This document shows positions 1-10,520 of a stretch of DNA of 64,000 nt, piece by piece; the stretch's first letter is position 1; the number at the start of each line of letters is the position of its first letter. The notes under the pieces are model-generated. The model was not told the origin of the DNA and did not search any database. It worked only from the letters and a program-made list of their open reading frames with translations. Both the position numbers and the translations under genes were made by a program. The DNA is from Phoronis australis (lineage: Eukaryota; Animalia; Phoronida). Where the stretch lies: contig NMRA01000002.1 in the NCBI GenBank assembly GCA_002633005.1, positions 2,202,655-2,266,654 of the forward strand, written 5' to 3'.

Positions 1-251
1 TGGGCGGTAAACTGCATTGTGGGATATTGATCTAGTTTGTGTTCCCCAACACCATGTCACGGTGTCAAAGGTCAACTTTTCGCGGATTTTTTTTAATTTT
101 CGCTTTTTAACGTAACTACAGACACAATAACATGATAATTGGAAGAAGATATACCCAACTAACAATATCTTGAACATATTATTACAATTTAACATACTTA
201 GACCTTGCAATTTACACTTTAAGTATTCTATTTTCACGTTCGATGACGTCA

Positions 252-410
252 GCCGCTGAGAGGTGTAGTGGTAAAGACCGCGACTCGAAACTTTGAGGCC
301 CGGATTCGAATCCGGCCTCGGTTTCCCACCAAAATGTTATCTCACTAGTGAGATAACTTTATGGGTTATTACACGGTTGTATCTGCCATTCGAGGCTAAA
401 ATTGTCCATA
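252..410 (+). mobile_element. tRNA-derived SINE-like insertion
   Basis: A-box-like GGTGTAGTGGT at about 262-272 and B box GGATTCGAATCC at 302-313, followed by a non-tRNA body; absent from the paralogous position in gene B intron 4. Confidence 0.6.
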
Positions 411-622
411 CGGATATCTGTCTCTCCATCAAGCGTTATTCCGGCATTGCAATCATTTTTATTGCGCAACCTCTGGTCTGTCATCACTGTCTCATTGTCA
501 AGGTCATGGTCATTGTGCACTGTCTTGGACGTCACTACATCTGTGCCTCTTCACCCTGATAACTTAGTCCTCGTTATTACATGTAAACTAATTTTCACAA
601 TCATTCAGAGTAGCCAACTTAC

Positions 623-932
623 CCATGACGAATGCTGTCATGAAAATTCCAGAGTTCGATGCACCGACCAACAAGCGGAGGATGACAAATGCAATGTAAT
701 TTGGTGAGAATGCACAACCCACACCAGAAGTCCCTTGAAGGAAAATTGCAATAAGCAGCGTCTTCTTGCGGCCAATCCTAAACAAACATCGAGCCGTTTA
801 CCTCGAGGGTACCTAAGGAGTTTGCTATAAAGTTTGAAACACCAAGCTAATAATCTACGTATTTTATACAGTACAAGTTATGGAAATGTTATGGTCATGT
901 TCTGAGGCTGTTACAACAGCTGTTTCCTCTGC

Positions 933-978
<46 letters not shown>

Positions 979-3900
979 ACAGAACCTGGCAGGCTAAAGT
1001 ACTGATTCATGTTGAAGATCGGCTGAGTACATCCAAATTTGTATTCTTAAGAGCTATTCCTTTCACAGACTTTTAAGTGCTGCGTAGTGTGATGGAAATT
1101 TCCGTCCAGCGTCGCCTGGAGGGTCTATAACTAAGATGGCGTTTCGATCATTTCACTGTTGAGTTTGGATTAGGAATAGAGGCTGTCTTATACCACAGTA
1201 AGTACTACCATTGGTAGCTTCATATGAGAGGAACACGTAACAGCAGAAATTTAGTGTCAAGAACCTAAGCTGTGGTGTGTTCTAATGCTCAACTGGAAAT
1301 TCAGTGGGCGATTTGAAGGACAGGAAAGACGAAAGGGATTTTTATACATCGTTACTGGAGAAATAGATCTTTCATACGTTGGGGTGGGGGGGGGGAGGGT
1401 TCGGTGATGGGAAAGATGTGGAATTGTTGACAAACCCTACTTAAGAGATTGTGCCGACCAGTTGGTTGAAAGGACAAAATATTGACGACCGAGAAGAAAG
1501 TGTTACAAAACTGTCTTAATCCTACAAAAAGTCACCTGCGATTTGGCTTGATTGAACGCACGACAATAATGAGCCACAATATCAGAGCGACTTGGCAGGA
1601 TGTCTATGTCACTCCGTACTTACTCGTCGGATAAAAGTCCAAAGCCAAAGGCACCGACTAAGACACCTCCCATGAATATTACCGTGGCGTAGGTTGCTAA
1701 AGGGGCATCTTTACAAACAAGATTATACTGAAACAGAAGAATAATTATTTCTTACTTGCAGTTTATTTTTACGGACGGTGCAGAATCAAGGTTACTTAGA
1801 ACCATATCACGCACAAATCTGTAAATTTCGCTAAATATGCTCGAAACAACATATACAGAGTTTAATTAGGAAAAAGAAATATATTTTCAGATTTTTGGCT
1901 TTATACCAATCTGCAATTAATTAGGCACCCCTTTTAATAAAATTTTGCAAAAAGAAGAATGATACATTCATACCCAAACGACAGGATCAATTACAGTTTT
2001 CTAACTTATCGTTTCGTTTTTGTTTTAAAAAAATTATTTTTCTGAAAGTCATGCAAAGCTATTTTCGATAGGTCTTCGAGCAAAAGTGGAACATTTTAAA
2101 AGCATTTAGTGACACCTTTTGATGAACAGGACAGGAACCATATTATCTAAAAGTTTAATGTGATTTCGCCAGTTCTGAGTTGTGATGTATTTGCTGTTGA
2201 CTAAAAGTGGATAATTTTTTAACAATCATAGTTCAACGATGTCAGTGCTGACGGTGAAGTGGGTGATGGCAAAACGATGAGACTTATGGTTGCTGTGATG
2301 CTTGGCGATTGTGGTCTCAATGGAGATGTTGGTTTACATGTAGATACTGATGACGAGAACGAGGACTACGACAATGACGATAACAATGAAGATGATGTTA
2401 ATGACGATACTGATGATGATTATGATGATGATGATGAAGATGATGGCATAAGACATCTAAGCCAACGGCGATGATAAAGATTAAAAATCAGGTGGTGCTA
2501 GTGGTGGTAATCCGTATAGTTTTTAATTGATGGACGGACGAATTGTAATCCAATGATTGTTGATGCGGTCGGTTATCGTGTGAATGGTGGTGGTTGTGAT
2601 GACGACGATGATAGCGACAGAGATGTTGATGATTACGACGACAGCGATGGCAGAGGTCGTGACGATAACGATGACGTCAACGATGGCAACGGTGAGGGTA
2701 ATGGTGTTAATCATGTTGATGAGGAAGAAGGTAATGGTACATGGTAGTGTCATCGTTTGTCGGCAGGTCTAAGCATTGCAGGTACATTAAAGTACCTGTG
2801 TAATTATAGTTTCTTGGAACGTCGACCTGTCGTAAACCCAAGCTGTGCATTCTCTTTTATTCAATGTAATGTTAAGCTTCTCCCATGTTGATCCGTTCAA
2901 CTTTAGCAAGTCCCAAGATGGTGAAGACGTGTTAACACCAGTGTACACGTGACAAAAGTCATCGTCCGGTATGAAAGCTTTAACGTAGAGCTTGTGCGTC
3001 TGATTGATGGCGTCGTACGTGTCGCTGTCATATCCTGGAATGGCGCACCTGTGGAATAATAAAGATATTGGAAAAGAAAAATACTGATATAACCCCAAAC
3101 ATGGGGCGTATGGTCAAAATATTGCAAGAGGTAATAACGGTTACATTAGCCCCAGGTTTCCACCAAACAGCAAGATAGCTAGGCCTATAGCTTGCACAAA
3201 AAGGCGGACACAGTGTGACACGTTTCCTTCAAGTTCGAACTGGACTTGAGTTTAAATTTTATGGCGTTGGTTAAATGGAAGACCCACCAAATTAGTTCAT
3301 TTTGAACTGTGAAGGAGCGCTATGCCATGGAGCCCTGCAGAAGGACAAAACCCATCGTGCAATAGGCCTATCGGATAGAAGAGAGCACTTTGAAATAAAC
3401 TCCAAACATAAAAGCGTTCTTATTGTCTTTTGTTGACTCTCAAACGTCATAAACCAAATCTGTTGAATCGGTACACTTGAAAGTCAATCGGAAAATATTA
3501 AAAGTGGGTTTTATGTTTAGAACGCATATTCAAACTTCACAGAAGTTCAATTTACCAACATTTCTGCTGCCACGTCGTGAAAATTAAGGCATTTTAAAAG
3601 TCCATGGTTCAAGTATCATAGGGAGCGTAAAAATATTGATAGTAGGCAGCGTCTTTTTGGGAAGATTTTTGTGCTTTGACCGCAAATTTTTAGCTGAACT
3701 CGGTAGAGCAGGAAATCGTATATGGTATTGGGAGAAAGAACAATTCCTCATGGTTTGTTGAACTCCTGTTTTTTATGAATTAATTGAGTTTTGTGTTTGC
3801 TATGGACGGCTGAAATGAAGCACTTGTTGAATTTCTAGTCCGGAGTGTCATACCATATGGCATTGGGGACGGTCAGAAGCTGAGGACGCCTGTGCATCGG

Positions 3901-5510
3901 GGTAGCGGACCAGCGGACCAGCGAAACTGAGTGGAACCCGACCGGTGACGAGAAAGTAGAACACGTTGAAACTGACGACAACCGAGCGATCAGCTACATG
4001 TACAGCCTACGCCGTCAGTGGTAAGAAGACGCACATCAGTCAGACTAGCGCAATCCGATCAGATTCCGTCAGTTGCAGGGGCGGATCCTGGAATTTGANA
4101 ATAAACAAAATTTCGACAGATGCGCGCGCCCAGCCTAATTGTTGGCATCCCGAGGTCTCGAAGTCTGGGTTTTCGGACCTGTTGACTAAAAAAAAAAAAA
4201 CAGTAAACGGGGTTGTTCAGGGCCTATGCAATGTTTATTCACTTATTCACCCCCCTAGGCCCCTTGGTTGCGCGCATGTGCTAGTCAGATATTCGCATCC
4301 GAACTCCCAAATTGTATCTGGTGTGAATTTTAGGGGGGAGGGGCATGGCCCCCTTGGCCCCCCTAAATCCGCCACTGAGTTGCTCTCAGTTGTCGGTAAC
4401 CTAGCTGTTTACAACTGCATGGTTGCGTTCAGTTTTAAGGCCGATGTACGACGCTAGGCGTTTGGACCTTGCACAGACCTGACGCTATATCTTAGGGCCC
4501 TGCACAGACCAGGCGCTACTGTATATCTTGGGGCCCAGCACAGACCAGGCGCTATTTCTTAGGGCCCTAAACAGACCCGGCCAGGCGCTATATCTTAGGG
4601 CCATTCACAGACGCACTAGAGCCCTGCACTGACCAGGCGCTCCGGCTTCGCCCTCGCAGCCACAAGTGCACGTTTTGCAACACTTTTTACTGTATATTTA
4701 GTGACAATGGTGAGGCGCGAGATTAAAACTTTCCAGTGGCAAGACCAGGAAAAGTATGAATATCACGAATTGAAGACCCTTCACTAATTATCGTTCTCTC
4801 TTCTGATCTTACCTCGATTAATTCAAGTTCACGGTTTGTTATACGAGTCAATTGCCGAAAACAGATAATCAATGTTAGAGGCGAATGTGCGCATTTTTAA
4901 CAAGTATTCTTTGATTGATGGATATACAATGCTGCCTCCCATGCTACTGCATGTTTGACATTGTGATAGACCGTAAACTTTAACGTTCTCGTAAAAACAT
5001 TCCTCCTGGCCTTGATGTAAACAGGGAAGAACAAGTCAAAACAATAAATATTATTTCGCTACATTTACTGATTTCTTGCTTTAAACAAATGAAAATGCCT
5101 CCGTAAAACACATCAACACTAATTCATTAATGAAAAGTCTCGGCATGTGACCGCAGACGACATACCATTAATTCAACACGAATTCGACGTTCCTTTAAAA
5201 TGGGAGCTCCGATGCTCTTCCAATTAATGTATATATTTTTATTAAATACATGTATTTATTACGCTGTAATCACGATTTATTCAAAGATTTCCCTTTAAAA
5301 TGCAAACTAATACATTAGAAAGCATCTGTTACTGCACCGTAGAACTGACAAAGATAATACTGCTTACCTGTACTTCGGCGTATAGGCGATAAAAACAGAC
5401 GCTAACATGTGAATTGCGCACGGAATGGTAGGTAGGCAGAGCAAAAAGCAAATGCGTATTTGATAACGACCAAATGTCCCCAAACTTTGAAGAATTTCGT
5501 CAAAATTCAT
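623..5510 (-). CDS. SLC22/Orct-like transporter, gene C (exons 1-4, continues left of window; recent duplicate of gene B)
   Basis: Exons 5510-5368 ([17 protein letters not shown]), 3048-2796, 1727-1624, 777-623; lengths 143/253/104/155 identical to gene B, open frame, GT-AG sites, near-identical peptides. Confidence 0.88.
929..978. repeat. (GCT)n microsatellite (paralog about 30190-30250)
   Basis: Direct reading of the sequence. Confidence 0.9.
2340..2745. repeat. Degenerate (GAT/GAC)n intronic low-complexity tract (paralog about 31575-31985)
   Basis: Trinucleotide repeats; source of the spurious Asp-rich ORFs. Confidence 0.85.
4076..4377. mobile_element. MITE with CAG(G/T)GGCGGAT TIRs and 5-bp TSD (hAT5-like)
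   Basis: TSD AGTTG at 4071-4075 and 4378-4382; empty site in the paralog near 43490. Contains an N at 4099. Confidence 0.75.
4465..4642 (+). repeat. Minisatellite with a unit of about 31-35 bp, GGGCCCTGCACAGACCAGGCGCTATATCTTA (also about 42705-42820 and 43585-43740)
   Basis: 5-6 head-to-tail degenerate units with no spacers. Confidence 0.8.
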
Positions 5511-7261
5511 TTTGTCGATCAACGTAGAATATCAGAAATTCAAGAAGAACTACACGGTGCCAACTGATCTGTCTCCTATATGTGCTCTCCGTCACTGTGA
5601 CGAGGGGCCGAATGATGGCTGTCTTTTAAATAATTAATGTTTAACTTGAGATAACGATGTAAGCTGTCTAAGCTGAAGTTTGCTTATCTCATTTTAGAAG
5701 TTTTGCGGATCGCTGAAAGTTCTCAGCCCAACGAGCGTGTCCATGCAACGAGAACCGGAGAAAGACGAAACGTTTTAATTCATCATGCGTCGATTAAACT
5801 CGCCCCAACACGTTCCACTTTCAGGTTTTAAAAGATTTCTTAGCTTGTGAAGAATTGGCATTGAACCGGGTACAGCTGTTAGGGGTCTGGCAGACAGGCG
5901 CATGAGAATGATCATGTTGATGTCTACAGTTTCTAGTTATGACAAATGATAAGAACGCTATGACCTGGACAAGCAACTACGCCCTTGAAGAAGGCTATTT
6001 TTGAAATCAACCACGGGTGATTTTGGACTTTGGTTTATGGATATAATGTAGTAAAGCACAACTAAAAACATAAACATGTCTAAAACCGAGATCACTTAAA
6101 ATGACATAGAACGTAAAAACAGATTAAATTGCGTCATTCAAATTGGTTCTCTGTCACTGAAATATAAATGAAACTGTTCACCAGGAATTTTCACAGTTAG
6201 TTCGTAAAGATTTTGAATTTCTGTTTATGTCAAAGCATTTTCCTATAGTTTCAAATTTCAAAAAAACATCCGTCAACTGTTCGTCACTTCTTCGATTTTC
6301 TACCACACGGCAAAGCACCTCTCCTTACGTGTTAAGCGTAGCACATTTTCCTTGATCTTTGATGCGAACGAAACAATGGCGATTTCTAGCAACAGCAAGT
6401 CCGCTCACACATATTATTGGGGTTGAGAATTTGAGAACTGTATTGGGATGAAAGAGTTTTGATTTCTTCTGAGACTATGTTTCAAAAATTTAGACTCTAA
6501 CATTTGTTCTAGAAAATCTTGCAATATCCTGGGTAATTAATTTTCACAATAGCATACCCAAGAAGTAAATTCATAAAGGATCACGTGAAAGGTATTTTTA
6601 CGAGTTTTTGTGTTCCATACCTCTTTAAGACTTGCATCACTTCGTTGGGCGACCTCACAAGTAGTTTACAGAAAAATTCTGAGACCAGGAATCTCCTATT
6701 GGTGTCGACAGATACCTTTTTAGAAGAGACGATATCCTAAAACCCTGCTTGGTAATTTCCGAGTCTAATTAAAATCATTTACATCATAGGTAAATCATTG
6801 CCGTCGAAGTCAGTACCAGCACTGGTGACCGCATTCAGTGCTAAGTTCCCCCCGAGACGCGTGACCCGAGTTTTGCTCACTACGGTGGGGAACGACCAGC
6901 CTTAATTGGCTGGCGTCAGCACTTCAGCTACTAAACCCGATTTCTCAGCGGGAGACAGTTAACATGTGTCTCAGATGTTAAATTCGGTTGTGGCCGTCCA
7001 CTATTAAATTTTGACATTTGCGCTTTCACAGACGCGACTAATTTGTTGCGTGTGTTCGTCTAAAGCAAATACGTTTCAGCGACTTCAAATGAAAAAATGT
7101 AAAACTAGGTGAAGAAGTACACTAATTTGACGACCGAAAGTCACGGAATTAGCGGAGGGTGTTCTAGTAGTAAACTACTTTGATAACCTGACAGAAATTG
7201 CGTATCTCAAAGCAGCTCTTCCGGCCTCAGGAGGAAACTCGGCTATGGCAATGAGTAGCTG

Positions 7262-7530
7262 CAATAGCAGTAGCGTGGTAGCAAGCAGCAACAGTAATAG
7301 TAACATAAATAGTTGTACGATTAGTGCTAGTAATGGCAGTAAGTAGTACACGTAGTAGTAATAAGAGTAGTATCAGTTGTAGTAATAGCACTAGCCCTAG
7401 AATTAGCATTGAATTAATAGAAGTAGTAGTAATAGAAGAAGTATTGCCACTGCTAGTAGAAGTAGTAGTAGTGGTGGTTGTGAGTAGTAAAAATAGCACT
7501 AATAGTACATATTATAGCATTAAGTAGTAC
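7262..7530. repeat. Degenerate (AGT)n tract (paralogs about 16380-16645 and 46500-46705)
   Basis: Direct reading of the sequence. Confidence 0.85.
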
Positions 7531-7767
7531 TCCACTGGACATTCACGATGTCTCGATTTCAGGATGTTTTAAGCATACATTAAGCTTGAACTGAACAATG
7601 ACACAGCACTTTTAAACGGGGTGCACAAACAGTGACGAACTTTTAAAATGCAAATAATTGAAAACATGATAATACTGTTTGCTTGGTGTCAATTAAGCTA
7701 TTAACTTCAACAAAACAGGGGAAACATAATGGACGCCCTCTCCATCAAAGGAGATAGTGTATTCGAT

Positions 7768-8143
7768 GACCCCAAACTCCTGCTACGTACCTTGCTAAAT
7801 TGGCCTGCCGAACTTTGTAGGCTACGGAGTGTCCAAATACCAGTAAATCCGTAACAGCGAAATAAAACAACACGTTTTTATAATAACTCTTTGTATTTTT
7901 AAGGGTTTTACATCGAAGTTTGGTGATTCCGAACTGGTGTTAAACGTTGAATTCAAGCGATAAGCTGACACCACTAACCCGTGTTGTGAACTGCTGAACA
8001 GACCAATTACGTCATTGGATAATTTCAACACCTGCTCCGTCTGCCGTTAGGTGTCAGGTAATGCAACCGAACCTGACGTTATCGAGTAGAACTACTCGAT
8101 CTAAATTGATACAAAATAGGTTGTTTTTGGGTGGCATTCTCCT
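7768..8143 (+). mobile_element. Right-end fragment of the Kolobok-type element (also at about 16885-17257)
   Basis: Matches about 12017-12397 and ends CCT|TTAA. The paralogous site near 48892 (ttaagcgatgaccagg) is an empty TTAA. Confidence 0.75.
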
Positions 8144-9342
8144 TTAAGTGACGACCAGGAGTATTCAGATATCGTTGATCTCTATATCATGTGATTTTTC
8201 GGAAAATCTTCCACGTTCGATGCCTTAGGAACATGGATCGGCGTTTAGTGCTATACGAAGATTTGCTACCGACAGTTCTTGTCTTTCCATGGAACCTAGC
8301 TGCAACCTGTTGAGGATACCTTAGGTTGCAATCGACAAGAAACATTGTTGTGTCCATTTCCATACTCGGACGATATTGGATACTTTCGAAGTCAGAATTT
8401 TAGAATTATCGTCAGTAATTATGGCCGGGGTTTTTAAGGCTACTGTTGTAAGAAATTGCTTCGTTTTCAACCCGCAAAGTAGGCCTATACCTGTAAATAC
8501 AGCAGCGATTTGTTTCATACATTTCAACGGTTTCGCAATTGTTAAAAAGAGATTATGTTCACTGCGGTATCGGAGTGAAATTCTGTTGCCTATTAATCAA
8601 ACAAACGGATCAATGCAAAATTATGTTATTCACCCCCAAATGTCGAGAACATAATAGGCTTTCAACAACTCCGCCCGCCTTCGACTCAAAATTTGCTATT
8701 ACGTAGCTATGAATTCCAAGCTTAATTACGACAATGGCAAACATCTGATGATTATCACAAATCAATGAAAAAGCTTTGACAGACCGTTTAGGAAAAGCTG
8801 GCACATGACCTTGCCAGGCCACCGTGATCGGGCATCAGTTATATGTTTTGGTTGTACAAGTCAACAGGCTGTTGTTACCGCGGTGACCCAGCCAGGACAC
8901 TAAAACTCTAAACAGTGAATTCCAGAGGGTGCAACAACTGATAATAAGGTATATTTACAAACCATTTAGTTTTCGGCTGCCTTGGACGAAGAAGACTGTC
9001 GTAGAAGACAGCCAAAAACTCAATGGTTAGTAAATCTCCCTGCTTGTGATAAGGTAACCTAAACTATATGTTTGGACATGCCTAAAAACCAATAGTGCTC
9101 ATGATTTATTGTCAACTGCCAAGCAATGCTTTCAAGACAAATTCGGTGGCTCAGTTGGTGTCAGAATCCCAGGCTCATTGACCTTTGACCTAGCTTCAAT
9201 GTGTTGATTGGCTTAGTTGAGGCTTATGATGGCACTAAAAACCTATAAAGAATCAAGAATGTTGAAAATTTCTGGCGTTGCGCTAACTGGTACCAGTAGT
9301 TCTTTATAGCGTATAAAACTGTCGTTTTGTTCTTTCTTTGGC

Positions 9343-9460
9343 CTACATTCTGTTTTCGTCCTCCGCAGACATATCCATAGCAGAATTAGTGTAAGCGGTA
9401 TCATCTGGGTCACGTGCCGTGTCTTTTCTCTCTCCTTTCAGAGACTCACTCTTGTCAACT
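9343..9460 (-). other. Orphan copy of the gene A terminal coding exon with its 3' UTR
   Basis: VDKSESLKGERKDTARDPDDTAYTNSAMDMSAEDENRM* is paralogous to 50034-49902. The ttttgcag acceptor is intact, and AATAAA at 9110-9105 is conserved with 49776-49771. No upstream A-type exons lie nearby. Confidence 0.75.
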
Positions 9461-9896
9461 CTGCAAAATGAATGATACGACACCATGCCAGTTTCATAAT
9501 CCAAGAAAATCAATTTAAAATCGCAAACCTCTGTCGTACGAACAAAAACACATAGTGCGGCTACTCGAGTGTACGCTCTTTGAAAAGTATGCTCAGCTGG
9601 CAATGTATGCGAAAATGCACGTGTTTCCGAAGTTACGAAGGACCGTAGGTTATTATCTTTCTGCGTCAACCCCCATTTATTAAGTAGGTCACGCCTGTTT
9701 CGACTTCTTACGAGCTAACATGTAGGTTACGTGGGGCTAATTGTTGTGGTGGAAGTGTCGGTGGTGCTCGTTTAAGAGGACTCTGCCCGGTTGCATGATA
9801 CAGTCCCTAAATGTTAGGAATCTCCTTAAGTCTTAAGGACGTCCATAAAGTTTAGAGACTGTTGCATGAAAAGTTCCCAGTTAGTTTAGGCATTAA

Positions 9897-10520
9897 AGGC
9901 GAAGACAACCTTTTTCATGTCACTTTTAGCAAAAATAAGGTTCGTTGATTATCCCAGACACGTTTTTCACTTAATTACAGATTTTCGTAATTTGATTAAT
10001 TTCTCGTCCTCTGCTCCAGAAGTGACGTTTTGGGAGGCAAGAGTTTCGCGCCAATTTCTTTTCATTGTGGTCTGACTGTAAGGGCTGTCGCCGGGGTCAG
10101 TCATTGTTCTACCTCGGTTGTGATAAGTTCGGTCGTCGTTTGCTTTTGTTTACAAGTCAGTCAACATGCCGCGCTGTTGCTGCGTGCCGGGATGTACTCA
10201 TTATCGTCTCACACGTGCTTTGGGTACCTTGCGTCGCTTTCCGAAGGATGACACACTTCGCCGTACTTGGCTAGCTCGTTCATGTGAAGAACGCAGCGCT
10301 ACCCGTCCACGCAACGTACAAAGCAGTGGAGTGTGTGGCAAGCATTTTCTGCCGTCAGATTACGACAGAGATATGTACGCTGAATTGATGCTAGGTCCCT
10401 GCGAAACAACGTCTGAAGAAGGGTACCATACCGTCGCTGTTGATTTATGGCAGTGCTCCGTCGCCAACCCCGAGAAGTGCGTTTTTGAAGCGAGAAGACT
10501 CGTGAGCTGTGGCCACTATA
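9897..10520 (+). mobile_element. Left end of a second Kolobok-like family with THAP-domain transposase N-terminus
   Basis: TTAA|AGG terminus at 9893-9899. ORF 10166: MPRCCCVPGC...RRFPKD...RRTW...VCGKHF (C2CH THAP); the GTIPSL (AVPT-like) motif follows in a shifted frame. Truncated where the Maverick sequence begins. Confidence 0.65.

Larger units (their letters stand above)
412..9779. repeat. Segmental duplicate of 29679-50354 (gene A last exon + intergenic region + gene B exons 1-4)
   Basis: Collinear intron, exon and intergenic similarity, interrupted by copy-specific insertions and deletions. Similarity ends after ggtgctcgtttaagagg at 9779 and 50354. Confidence 0.9.

Noticed and set aside
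252-322. tRNA gene
   Set aside because: A and B boxes are present, but the anticodon and acceptor stems do not pair well and a non-tRNA body follows; better explained as a SINE head.
2259-2772. Asp-rich ORFs (also 31508-32080) suggestive of biomineralisation proteins
   Set aside because: They lie antisense inside SLC22 intron 2, arise from GAT/GAC repeats, and show no splice structure.
4465-4642. CRISPR-like array of about 32-bp repeats
   Set aside because: Units are head to tail with no unique spacers, no cas genes, and a eukaryotic context; it is a minisatellite.
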